From Malacoraja senta (lineage: Eukaryota): DNA of 64,000 bases. The first letter of the stretch is position 1; each line of letters opens with the position of its first letter. The notes under the pieces were generated by a model. The model was not told the origin of the DNA and searched no databases. It was given only the letters and a program-made list of their open reading frames with translations. Position numbers and translations under genes: made by a program. Shown here one piece after another: positions 35,046 through 47,708 of this stretch. The stretch is from assembly GCA_038087875.1 (NCBI GenBank), contig CM075995.1:5086001-5150000 (forward strand), given 5' to 3'.

Positions 35046-38000
35046 CTGCTCTCCTCTGCCCCTCCCCACCCTAGTCGCTGTACTAGTCCCACTGTCTTCC
35101 TGGTGAGTTTCATTGTTTATATAACTTGTTATCGCAGTTAACAATGGGCCGTTTCCTTTATCATCGTTATCTATTTTTGCATATCTTTCCTTCATTTGTT
35201 CTATATCTCTCGTTTCCATCTCCCCTGATTCCGTCTGAGGAAGGGTCTCGACCGTGCAAAGATTGATTTCTCTATCTTCAAGTAACCCCCCCCCCCCTTT
35301 CTGTGTCCCACCCCATGAACTGCTGTCATCATACTAGTTAGCTGAGAGGGATGAGAAATGCACGTTCTCATAAACTGACTTTGCAAAGCTTAATCGGTCC
35401 CATTGAATCTGGCTCCATTGCCACCTCTAGAAATATATTCTGACCCTGGCACCTTTCTGCAATAAGTATTTTTTTATTCCCCCTTATGCTGGGGTTCTTG
35501 GCAGCAGTGGCGCTGAACCTTCCTAAATCGGCTTGGGCACAGTGCTCTTGGATTACCGTGAATGCTGTGGTACTAGTTTGCTGGATAAAAGGGATGGGAA
35601 ATGCACAAGTTCTCACAAATCGTGTCCGTGCAAAGGTTAATCGTTCCCATTGAATCTGACTCCACCGCCGGCTCCAGAAATACATTCTGACCCCAGCAAC
35701 TTGTTACATAAAGTACTTTTTTATTTTACCTTTGCGAAGGAAATGAGGGCATGGCAGCTGGAGTAACAGCGGGCCAGGCAGCATCTTTGGAGACCAATGG
35801 ACGCATCATCTGTCCATGTTCTCCAGAAATACTGCCAACCTGCTGTGTTACTTTGTCTTTTTTTTCCTTTCTGTGGAGATTCTCGGCAGCAGTGGCGCTG
35901 AACCTTTCTAAATCGGCTGGGGCACAGGGCACTCGGATTGGCGTGAACGCTGAAGTACTAGTTGGCTGTATAAAAGGGATGGAAAATGCGCAGGTTCTCC
36001 CATATCGTGAACGAACAGGCGTGGCACGTCGCCTATCCATCTCCTCCAGCGATGCAGCCTGACACTGGATTACTCCGGTACTTTGGTTCTCCCCCCCCCC
36101 CCCCCCCATGAGCTAACAGCCCTGTCATGCAGGACAAATGTCAAGTATTAGGGTCCTTTAGTCATGCAGAATGAGGCACCCCGGCTACAACAATTCAATC
36201 CCTTTAATCCAACTTAATTAGCCCTGGTCCTCGTTTTAGTAATAATTTTACTAAATAACATCCCATCCATCATATCCCATTCTTCATTTAAAATAATCGG
36301 GGAATAGATTCCCCTAACATCGCATAATGAAGTCCCTCGCCTAAATTCGGGGGTAAGATTCCATTATTTCTACATTCAGAACAGGGATCAAATGAGCATA
36401 ATAAGGCGATTATTGGACAGACTTTGAGATCACTTGCTGTTAATGCAGTGGTCTTCAGGGTCAATGATATTTTATCTAGTGCGGGATATATTGTTCAATA
36501 GAATTTAATTCTGTGGATGCCAAAGTGATGGTAAGCACAGTTGTCGCAGGTGTCTATGATGGTCTACCAAACCGGCAGGACATCTTCACGTGGGAATGTA
36601 GCATTGCTTCAGGTTGTGGAGAGATTTGTCCAGTTTCTGTAAATTGAAATGACAGTTAAGTAGTTTTGGGTTTGTACCCAGAGGTAGATGTCATTTGTTT
36701 ACTGTCTTTATTGATGGTGACAGACATGACAGTTTCTAGCACTTTCTGCACTCCATTCGGATTTTTAACATTTATTTTTGTGTCTCTTATATAAACTGCT
36801 AAATCTTTTTATTGAACAAGTTGGATGTGCCATGAATACAATGGAGAAACGAGGAACTGCATTTACTGCTTTATAAAAAAGATAGTGCTGCAGTAATAGT
36901 GGGTCAGGCAGCATCTCTGGAGACCAATGGATAAGTGTAAGAAGAAGGAACTGCAGATGCTAGTTTAAACCGAAGATAGACATAAAAAGCTGGAGTAGCT
37001 CAGCTGCACAGGCAGCAGCTCTGGCGAGCAGGAATGGGTGACATTTCGGGTCTAGAAGAAGTGTCTTAACCCGAAAAGTCACCCGTTCCTTCTCTCCAGA
37101 GATGTTGCCTGTCCTGTGTTACTCGAGCTCTTTGTGTCTTTCTTCGGATAAAATCTATCCATGTTTTCCAGAGAAAAATACATTGTTTTCTTTGGCTGCG
37201 CTGGTCATAGAGATCATTTGATTTTAGCCCCCCCAGTCTCATTTTATGACACAGTAGGAGGCTTTTGGGTCCATGCTGCCCCCCAGGGGAGCAATCCAAT
37301 TAGTTCTTCCCTGTACCCTACAATTTATCCTCGCACATGCGCAGCAACTCCCCTTATTTTTGTCATTAAACTACAGAAAATTTACAGTAACCAATTAACT
37401 TGCTGACACCTCTTTGTGATGTGGCAATAAACCCATGTGTCACAGAGAGAAGGTGCAAAGTGCAAGACAGCACCCAGAGTCAGGATGAAAACTGGAGTAT
37501 GAGGCAGCAGCATTGCGTCGCCTCTATCTAGTACTTCATTAGGGAATAAATGGTCAGTGTTATTTTTCAATTGGAATTAATTGAATTTAGTAATTAAGAA
37601 GTGTTGGAGCGCATTTTTAATTTAATATTGTTATTATTATATTATATTATATTATATTCTTAATAGAGAATATGTACTTGGAAAGGAGGGGAGTTGGTGG
37701 TGATGCACATTTTTACTGAGTTCAGGAACATCTGGCAATATAATGACTCAGCAGTCAAAATGAAATTGAGTCATGTTTCATTACATGGAGAGAAGCACAA
37801 TTGGTTGGGTTTAATTTGAAATTTCAGTTATGTCTAGTGTCTGTTTTAAGATTAGTCCATAAGGTGTACCAGGGGAAGGAGGTGGGATGAGGGAATGCTT
37901 TCGAAGTATAATTGCATACACTATCTAACTGGCAAACTTACTGATGTACTCGTATTGTAGACATAGTCGCTTATTAGTTTGGTTGTCATGTCGGCGATAT

Positions 38001-41000
38001 CACAAAGTTAGGGTTGGGAGTATGATATCCATAACAATTAAAAATAACACACAATCTCCATGTAGGTTTGGAAAAGATACTAGTAATTTTCAGATTTGAG
38101 ATTCTGACCAGTGTTATTGCACAAATGATATGAAAAACGTATACCAAGTCTTTTGTTGCTTTAAATTAGAAGGTTACATTTATATTTAGTGTGTGTGGTT
38201 AACTTTTGTGCAATAGTATTTGCATTTATGATGATGCTTACAAAAAAATTAAATTTTGGTTTCCCTCCAGTTGCTATCATTATCTACTGTTGTTAGGCTA
38301 TAGTTCAGTAAAGTGTATGGCTGCGGTTTAACAGTAAGGAAGGAACCAAAGTCAGATTGTCATCTTGGATAATGCAAACTTCAAAGTCATTGTTAGGGAA
38401 ACTATAAGGTCCATAACTGGAGAATGGAATTGCCACAGATGGGTCAAGTCTGTTAAATTATCGTCTATTAAAATAGCTGCTTTTCTTCAAATCTGTAAAG
38501 TTTGCATAAATGACTCCAGATGCTAACCATCTTCACAATAATGGTTGACTGTGAAGCATAATAGATCGTCTGATCAAATTGAAATATTGCAAGGTGACAT
38601 CGACAATTTTCTGATTTTTAGGAAATAGACTGTGACCTGCACCCACTGTCTTTAGAGAGGATGAATGATAGCATAGTGTCTTTAAAATGTTTTAATTTTA
38701 ACTTAATAAATTTGTTTTATTACTGATTTAAGACAATTCCAAATTTTCCATCTTGAGGCATTTTTACTATTCTTGTATCATGTGTAGAATAAAGGGAAAC
38801 ACAATCAACGGTTAATATTAAAATTGAGGAAGCTTAGTGTGAGTTACACATGATTGTTGTAATAAAATGAACTGCAGATACTAGTATATACCAAATATAG
38901 ACACAAAATGCTGGAGTAACTCGGGTAGCGTTTCTGGAGAAAATGGATAGGTGACATTTCTGTAGGGATGTTTGAAGAAGAGACCCAACCTGATTTGTCA
39001 CCTATCCATTTTCTCCAGAGATGCTGCCTGATCTGCTGAGTTACTCCAGCATTTTCTGATTATTGATTTTGCTGTCACTTTCTACATGTATTTGTCAGTA
39101 CCATTGCTGTCAGGAAATTTATTATTGTATTAACATTTTTAACCTGTTAATTTTTCACCCCAGAATAAATAAAGTGCCTCTGTACCATAGCTAGAGATGC
39201 TGTCGACATACATAAACTAATCTAGAAAAGAAATCTTTCAAATATTGTATATACTGTACTAACTTTCCACCATCAAAATCCTCAAAATATGAATTGCATG
39301 CAAGCAAATAATATACTAAAATACAGATTCTAACAATGACATTTGGGCAAAATTGTATCTTGCTTGATACTTTTTGTTCAGATTGAGACCTGACTCTGAA
39401 GACAATGGAGTTTGAAAGGTGACAGTGTCCCCCCCCCCCCCCCCCCCACCTCTCTCCGATTCTGTTCCGCCCTCTGATATTTCAAACTTTTGACTGCAAA
39501 AGTCTATCAATCAAAATGATTGTTGGTACTTCACAGAAAATGAGCATTTGGTATGTGATAAAGTTATAGAAAACGATATTTCTTAAAGATACTAATCTAT
39601 CATTCATCCTCTCTAAAGATAGTGTTAACAAGTGCATGCAGGTCACAGTCCAAAAAATCAGAAAACTAGATGCTGGAAATTGCAATAGAAACAGAAAATT
39701 CTGGAAACGCTGAGCCTGTCAAGCAGCATTTCTGGAAAGAGAAACCAATAACATTCGTGAGTTCAGTGCACTTCATTGGAACTAGGAAAGAGAAAAAAAC
39801 TCATTTAAGGTTGCAGAGAAGGTGTGGGAGGGTTAAATAGAACAAAGGGAATATCTCAGATAGGATGAGGCCACATCCATGGTTACATCCATCCTGGTCA
39901 TTATTAATTAGTTTTGTTTGCTCAGAACTCAGTAACATTTAAAACTGAGTAATACTGTTTTCAAAGTACACTTCACTGAGTGGTACAATTCTGCAGGGTA
40001 TATTTCCTCTTTCCTTTTTGTGTTCCAACTTTTGATTTGAAGAGTAAGTAATATATAATTTGATTCAAGGCGTTTTCCATTTCATGACGGTGCTTTGAAT
40101 GAAATGATTGTGAATGATCACTGTGTAGTTTGGGTCTTTGAGGGAATGGAAAATGCTGCTGTAGCCAAAAAGATTTAAATTTTGTGCACCACCCAATGTC
40201 TTTGAAATTGTGAATCATGTTGTTTGCTCCAATAGAATTTGAATTTTTAGTCACATGCAGAACTGGACATTCTTGAATGAGATCCAGCTGTTTCAACAAA
40301 ATATATTCTGGTGTAGTGCATGCTAACAGACCAGGTATGTGTTTCGACAAAGTGAAATGCTGTGAATGTAACTGATTATGAGCAATCCATTGGAAAATTG
40401 CATTTGCCAAATTATAACAATATTAAGTGCTTGAAATTGAAAAAAATTTAGGTCTCAGATTAGGTTTTATATGGATATACTCATGTCTATTTGGGGTACT
40501 TCAAAATCCGTCATAAACATTTTATTTATTAATAGCCGTCCTTAAAAGAATTTGTGAAACTTCTTTACATGGAGAGTGATTGTGAACAGAGGCACTAGAT
40601 AAATACAAATATGGCACAATGGTAGATTGACGCAGTTGAGCCTAAATACTGATATATAGTTCTAAATGCCACAGAGCCATTTACCACAGAAAAAGGTCAT
40701 TCAGTCCAAAATATTTGTGCTGAACAATACCTGGCTTTCCTGATCCCATTTCCCAGCACTGCCCAGAGCTTTCCATGCTTAAGTATTGACAAGTGCTCAT
40801 CCAAATGTTACTTAACTTGCCTGCTCAACTCACAAGCAGTGAGTGCCAGCTTTTGACCACCCTCCAACTGAATTTTCTTTCCTGAAATCCCTTCCAAAAC
40901 TCAAATGCTTATTGTAAAACGTAGCCCTCTAGTCACATGTGTATTTCATCAGCCATAGGGATTTATTCACCCCTAAATCAACTAATATACTTGAATCTCC

Positions 41001-41149
41001 TTTTCATGACAATTTGTTATAGAATTTCACTGTCCCCCGCCTGAATGTAAATACAGGTACGAGTCCCTTTCTTTAGCGCATAGAAATCAGAAGCATTAAT
41101 TTAAGATTTTGACTGTTTCCTCTGGCTTCATGCACAGACTACTGCTTTG

Positions 41150-41830
41150 TCACTAATATGCCCTGTTCTTTGAGCCTGAAGATGAGGCTTTCCACTCCTG
41201 GACATCCGAGATGTCCTCTTTCAGTAAACATGGCTCCCCACCTGCTGTTCTGTATGGATCAGTCGTCCATGTCTCCTCTGTGTCTTGCGTGTGTTCTTGC
41301 TCCTCTTTGCCCACCCCCACCCACGTCGTTCTCCAACATTTTCGTGACCTTCAATATGATCTCGCCGCATCCCATCTTCCCATCCCAAGCTCTTTCAGCT
41401 TTCCGGAGAGACCACTCTCTCCACTACTCCTTTGTTCACTCATCCCTTTCCACCCAAACTTCCCTAACCTCAGGTACTTTCCTCTTCAACTGCAGAAGGT
41501 TTAACACCTGTCCCTACACCTACTCCCTCACCTACATCTAGGGACAGCAGCAGCCCTTCCAGGTGAGACAGGTTCACATGCAACTCCTCAAAACTTTGTC
41601 TATGCATTCGTTCTCACAATGTGGCTCCTCTACTATTGGTGCTACTAAGTGTAGACTAGGCAAAAACTGTTTTGCCAAACAGTTGCTCACCAAGACCAAC
41701 TGGATCTCCTTTTCCCATTCCAATACAGTCCTTTCTGTCCTGGTCCTCTTCCATTGCCAGAGTGAGAATACACTCAATTGGAGGAACAGCACCTCCCATT
41801 CCACATTGCTGGCTTGCATAACCATGAAAG
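41150..41830 (+). mobile_element. Old Penelope-like fragment (thumb to GIY-YIG)
   Basis: LSAFRRDHSL...GTFLFNCRRFNTCPY aligns by eye with 50150-50870. Confidence 0.65.
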
Positions 41831-42124
41831 AAGTGGGAATGACCAGATGCAAAGAGTCTAGCTATTATGCTGGCTGCTTTCCCATGGTAGCATGAGGAGT
41901 TGATGGAGGGGAGAATCTGGTCTGTGTGATGGACAGGGCTGCATCCACAACACTGCAATTTCATGCAATCTTGACCAGAGCTGTTCCCAAACTGAGCTGT
42001 GATGCCATCCGATACTGAGACAAATAAGCAAGAATGTTTGATTATCTATATGGTCATTCTATTACATTATCTTCCTTTTCTTCGCTTCCTCTTCCCTCCT
42101 AGGGGAGAACTAAGTTTTGTAGAT

Positions 42125-42152
42125 CTGATGAAGGGTCTCGACCCGAAACGTC
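42125..42152 (+). ncRNA. Minimal hammerhead core in ANLN intron 1 (sense strand)
   Basis: CUGAUGA-A-GGGUC-UC-GACCC-GAAA-CGUC. Helix I pairing is poor in this copy. Confidence 0.45.
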
Positions 42153-42720
42153 ACGGAGTTACTCTAGCTTTTTGTGTATCTTTTGTAGATTATTGGATGT
42201 GTTTTCAACTAAGATGCTATTCATGATTTTCATTGACACTGCTTTTTGTTAGATCACAAGTTTAAAGTATGGTCCTATAGTTTTCTTGCCTTTCCCTAGA
42301 AAGCTATTAATCTAGTGAGAGCCTACTCTGCAATATTAATTGAGATATTGGAAGCCTTTATGCTGATAAAAAACTACTGTGGGAACACATTTGTTTAAAC
42401 CTTAGATTATGCACTTTGCACTATGTAATGTTAGTATAACAGTGAACTTGCAAAATGTACCAATTCTAGTCAAGCTAAGAGGAATTATGGCCTGATTCCT
42501 CATAGTAGTTCTATATGTGATTCCTGATGTGCGAGGACTATTTCTGTGATCTGCTTGTCTGTTTAAAACAAAATAAAAGCTTATTGTTTCAATTGAATGA
42601 AGTAATGTGATTTGCTTATTGTTTTATTTGGATGAAGTAATGCAATTTGTTTAATGATAGTATAATGTAATCTGATTTTATGAGGCTGTGGACAATACAC
42701 TGAATTGTTACCTATTCTAG

Positions 42721-42868
42721 AAACTACTTGAACGAACTCGTGCTCGTCGAGAGAATCTGCAGAAGAAAATGGCTGAGAGGACCACAAAAACTGTTCGGCC
42801 AGTTGGAAAAAGATCCAGGGAACCTTTGTCTGAAGCTAGCAACCAGCCATTGGAAGTCACTGAGGAAG
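42721..42868 (+). CDS. ANLN: Anillin coding exon 2
   Basis: ctag|AAACTA acceptor; [20 protein letters not shown]...REPLSEASN (RxxLxxxxN D-box consensus at 42817-42843); G|GTAGGA donor, phase 1. Confidence 0.96.
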
Positions 42869-45800
42869 GTAGGAGCTTCCTTCAATTGTATTTGATTTTG
42901 AGGAAAGAAGTTCTGCAGGCTTTCTATGAATTGTAACGGTCTTCCTTCTGTTCTGAAGAAGTAATAGTAGTTTTACTTGATGTACTCAGTGTCTTGTTTA
43001 AAGGGAATTTGCATTTTCTTGACTGGCATAACTGTAAAACGTTAATCACGAAATATGGTGCTCAGTTATGTTACAGCTACTTACAATTGACTGAAATTAT
43101 TTTAATGGTTTAGCTTCATCTAGTTTATTATTTTCTGATTCATAGTACTAAATTTATGTGATGTGCCCTCAGAATTAAGAAATTCAAATTAAGCATGGAT
43201 TCAAGATGTCCAGTATAATAGGATTAAAGCAAATGGGTTAAAAGATCAACGATTTTGATTGAATTTTCACTTATTTATGATCATAAACAGTCCAATGCAG
43301 AAAATATTGCTAGAATTGTGCAAAGTGTTTGAAGATTTTAAATGGTAATCACTTACCATGAAACACCCCCACAACCCCCAAAATGCATTTTACGCGTTTG
43401 TGATCTTTATCATTGGTTCAAGATTTGTTTCAATGGGATAAAGATCTGGGCAGAAGATTGGGCACATACATGGTTTGGCATTATGAGTGTCCACTGATTA
43501 GGGAAGATTTTTCAAGTGTACTTTTTTAAGGAGGAATTTTTTAAATAGCCTTGAAATCACAAAGTATATCAATTTAACAAAGAAAGTCAAGTCAAGAGAG
43601 TTTATTGTCATGTGTCCCAGATAGGACAATGACATTCTTGCTTGCTGCAGTACAACAGAATGTTGTAAGCATAAATAAGCAAAAATACAGAACGGTTCAG
43701 TTCAATATACACATAAATAAGCAGTTAAAGTGCAATAGGCTGTTACAGTTCAGAGTTGGTGAGTTTAATAACCCGATGGCTGTGGGGAAGGAGCTGTTCC
43801 TGGATGTAACAGATTTCAGGCTCCTGTACCTTCTGCCCGATGGTAGCGGAGAGATGAGTGCGTGGCCAGGATGATGTGGATCCTTGATGATGTTGGCTGC
43901 TTTTTTGAGGCAGCGACTGCGATAGATCCCTTCAATGGTGGGGAGGTCAGAGCCGATGATGGACTTGGGCAGTGGTTACAACTTTCTACATCCTAAATAA
44001 CCTTTACACTTGCACAATAATTGGGAATGGCTCAATGAAGGCTTGATATTTTCACTGATTTTTAAATTAGTCATTTGGATTATAGGGGGCTGGAGGCACA
44101 ATTAAAATATTTTATATATTTAAACCCTTTTTCAGATGTACTGCTCACTACAGTATGAGGTCACGACACAAGTACCTCAATGGACACATTAAAGAAAGGA
44201 AACATATCCACTTTCCAGTACACTACATTGTACACCAATGTTATTGCTGTTGTATTTCACATAATCAAATTGATTGTCAGTTGAGAACATAAAGATTATC
44301 AGCACAATAATCATTTGGTTAAAAAGCAGCAAATCTGGATTTGGAACGGAGAGAGGCACTTTGTGAAAGCCTTCACCTCTTTGAAGGCACTACCTTTGTA
44401 ATGGTCTGCGATAAGCCTTAAAATATGTAATTTCATAAATAGATTTTTCAAAGTCTAAATTACACATAAAAGAACAGTCAAGGCAGAAATTGTGGGATTC
44501 AAGGTTAAATTTGTGGTTAAAGAACTGGGTGGCAGGTGGAGAAAACTGAGACTTACAACTGGAATCAAGAGAATGGGTGAAAAGCTGGATTGGGAATTGT
44601 GAAATCAGAAACTCGATACAGCTGGGTCTTTAATCTCCTAAATTAGTTTCTGGGTTAAACAAAGTATCCTATTGTATCCCTACGCAGCTGTAGTTGGAAC
44701 TGTTGGCATTGAGCTCAGAGCCAACTGACTGGAATATTTGTCATTTATTTAACAATATAAACCATAACATAGTGCGGTGGCATATTGATGAAAAGTGCCT
44801 TTACTCCTGATACCTAGCCAGTTGTTGTAGGGTCAACACAATTCACTCATGTACTGCTGGGAATGACAAAATACAAATATGAAGAGTGCAAATCTTTCTC
44901 CATTAAATCAACAGATTCTGGAGCAATAAGGTGGAAGTGTTTAAAACAAAGAAATAAAAAAATGATAGAACTTGTGCTTTTTAGTTTAGGTTTTATTCTT
45001 TAGAGGTTAAATAATGCCTGTAATGGACATAGCCATTATTAGGCCAGCTTTTACTGATTTTCCTAAACAGTGGCCAAGAGCAAAGAGTAAGAGGCGAGGA
45101 TTTCATCTCTGTGGTTCTTTATTGAGGCAGAAACATGTAATATTCCCGATTTAAATTGCATTGTAGCACAAAAGAAATGTTGAAGGGAAATGGAAATGGA
45201 AACAAGATAGTTTACTTTGGTTAGAACATTTTGCAAACTTGAAAAGTAAGTAAGTCAAAGGCAAGTTTTTGTGAGCCAATATTTGAAATATATATATATA
45301 TTAAATTTTTTATTAGAAGCATGTATACAAATAATAGTAAGTGACAATTTAATTACAGATTTCTTACATAGCTTCAGTTTTTTTTTTAAAGAATAAAGAT
45401 AAAGAGAAAAAGATGAGAGAAACTATAATCTAATAGAGAGAAAAAGAAGACGCAAAGGGAAATATTTTATTACTTAAAGGCAACCTCATCCTTTGGACAT
45501 GACATGTGGAGAACATGTCAAAATATTTTTGGGTGTTGGTGATTTTAATATATAATAACGGACATTGACAGGCCCATCAGCAGACAATGTCTGGGCTGAA
45601 TATGATATCAAATTAAACTAATCCTTTTTGCCTGCACATGTAAGTCAAGCTATTGCCACTATTTACTGCTTTGACATTAAGATGCATAATTTTTTTTGCA
45701 AAATAAAATTAAAATTGTTCAAGGTGGTCCTGCATTATGAGTGATAAAATTAACAAATTGGCACTTTCCGCCTTAATGGATTATTGATTTGAGGCTTTTA

Positions 45801-45932
45801 AAAAAACTTTGGGAGAAATGGAAGATGGACTCTGACAATTGGTAAAGTAATTAGAATACAAAGACATTCTAATTGTAATTTATACTTGCATTTTATGTTG
45901 TACTTGGGTATCATTTTGCGGACGTACTAAAC

Positions 45933-46355
45933 CAGGGGTATGGGGGGGGGGGGCGGGGAGTATATTCACAACCATTTATTATGCATCTGCCCGGCAGCCT
46001 CTCGCCGCTCTCTCCCACCGCTGTCTGTGCCACCTGCTGCACCGGCAGGGGTGCTCCCGTCCACCACTCCATGATTGGCCTGCGGTTGCCATGGGGACGG
46101 TTGCCCCGGGCAACAGCCGTTAAAGAGTCAAGATGGCGGCGGGTCGCTCCCGTCATCCACTCCGTGATTGGCTCGTGTTTGCCAAGGGGACGGTTGCCCG
46201 CGGCAACTGCTGTCAGACAGACAAGATGGCTGCGCTGAGCTCCCCTTGGCCTCGGACTGGCTGACTGACGTCCGCGCGTGCACAACTGATCCGGCCCGCA
46301 TGAAGTTTCATTTTGCCCAATCCGCCCCTGACCTAAATTGAGTTTGACACCCCTG
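45933..46355. mobile_element. hAT/Charlie-like MITE
   Basis: CAGGGGT...ACCCCTG termini; 8-bp TSD with 1 mismatch (TACTAAAC 45925-45932 / TACTAATC 46356-46363); 93-bp internal duplication. Confidence 0.65.
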
Positions 46356-46383
46356 TACTAATCAAAATTTATTTTGTATTTAG

Positions 46384-46698
46384 CAAAAATATCAACCAAG
46401 CCTTCCCCATCCAAAAAACGTTGTTCAGATAAAATGGAAACACCAATACAAGAGATAGAAAACAAAGTTGCACGATCTCCACCTGTGATCGATTCTGTTG
46501 CACGATCTCCACCTGCGATCAATTGTGTTGAACAATCTCCATCTTTGATTACTTCTGTTGCACAACCTTCAACTCAACCCAGACAATTAATTAGGGAACA
46601 GGAAGATCAGAAGGTGATCCAAGATCCAACCCCACCTGCATCCCTGAAGAATCGGATGCACAGGCTGGCACAACAGTTACGCCAAAGGGACGCTGAAG
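46384..46698 (+). CDS. ANLN: Anillin coding exon 3
   Basis: tttag|CA acceptor; KISTKPSPSKKRCSD...SLKNRMHRLAQQ; G|GTATTG donor; phase 1 to 1. Confidence 0.93.
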
Positions 46699-47583
46699 GT
46701 ATTGTGTAATTGTGTTGGAATGTGATGATCAATTTCATTGTTTTACATTTCTTGCTTTCATTTTTTTAAATAATGCTTTATTCAAATATTTAACATGATA
46801 ACACTGGAATTAATTATCCTTTCCCATCTTAATGTCACGATAATTACTTGTATTTGTTTAACACCTTTGGTAAGGTAAATCATCTCAAAAGGCCTCGCTG
46901 GGGCATTAAAAAAATGAGGGCAAGGGCTAGGGATAAAAGAACTGACAAAACTAAGACAAAGTGTTGGGTTTTAAGGAGTGCCTTAAATGAGGATAAACAG
47001 GTGGAAATATTTAAGGATGCACTTCAGAACTTGGGTCTTGAAGATATCGTTGCCCATCATGGAGGAAAGAAAGTCTAGGAAAGAACTGCAGATGCTGGTT
47101 TAAATCTGAAGGTAGACACAAAGTGCTGGAGTAACTCAGCGGGACAGGCAGCATCTCTGGAGAGAAGGAATGGGTAACGTTTGTGCAGAATGGAGGAAAG
47201 AGACCTTGAGTTGGGCAATAGTCATGTATTTAAGGTTCAGGGTGGCCAACAGCTGAATATAAGAGCTGAACCCTCTTTAGTCAGAGGGTGGTGAAACTCT
47301 GGAATTATTTGCCATAGAAGGCTATAGAGGCAAAATCAGTGGATATTTTTAAAGAAGAGATAGATTTTTGATTAGTACATGTGTCAGAGGTTATGGGGAG
47401 AAGGCAGGAGAATAAGGTTAGGAGGGAGAGATAGATCAGCCATATTTGAATGTGTATGAAAGAACGGCAGATGCTGGTTTAAATTGAAGGTAGACACAAT
47501 GCTGGAGTAACTCAGCAGGACAGGCAGCATCTTGGGAGTGAAGGAATTGGTTGACTTTCGGGTCGAGATCCTTTTTCTCTCCA

Positions 47584-47708
47584 CTTCTTGCGTATGGCGT
47601 GCACAGCCTAAAGTTGTAGGACAACTTGTTCTATTTGATTGTGCACGCCGGGTTGATTGCATTCGTCGAAACAGGGCGGACCATGTGAAGGTTGCAATCT
47701 TCCACCCC
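47584..47708 (-). mobile_element. Short SINE-like element headed by an HDV-like ribozyme (copy 2)
   Basis: TSD TTCTCTCCA (47575-47583 / 47710-47718; 10 bp with one mismatch if 47574/47709 are included). Same sequence as 1082-1216 apart from a 10-bp internal duplication there. Confidence 0.85.
47655..47708 (-). ncRNA. HDV/CPEB3-like self-cleaving ribozyme with minimal P4 (copy 2)
   Basis: GGGGUGG AA GAUUGCA ACC UUCACAU GGU CCGCCCU G U-UUCG-A C GAA UGCAAUC; putative catalytic C at 47665. Confidence 0.8.

Noticed and set aside
34701..36010. CRISPR-like repeat-spacer pattern
   Set aside because: Units are long, degenerate and lack unique equal-length spacers; the context is a eukaryotic intron.
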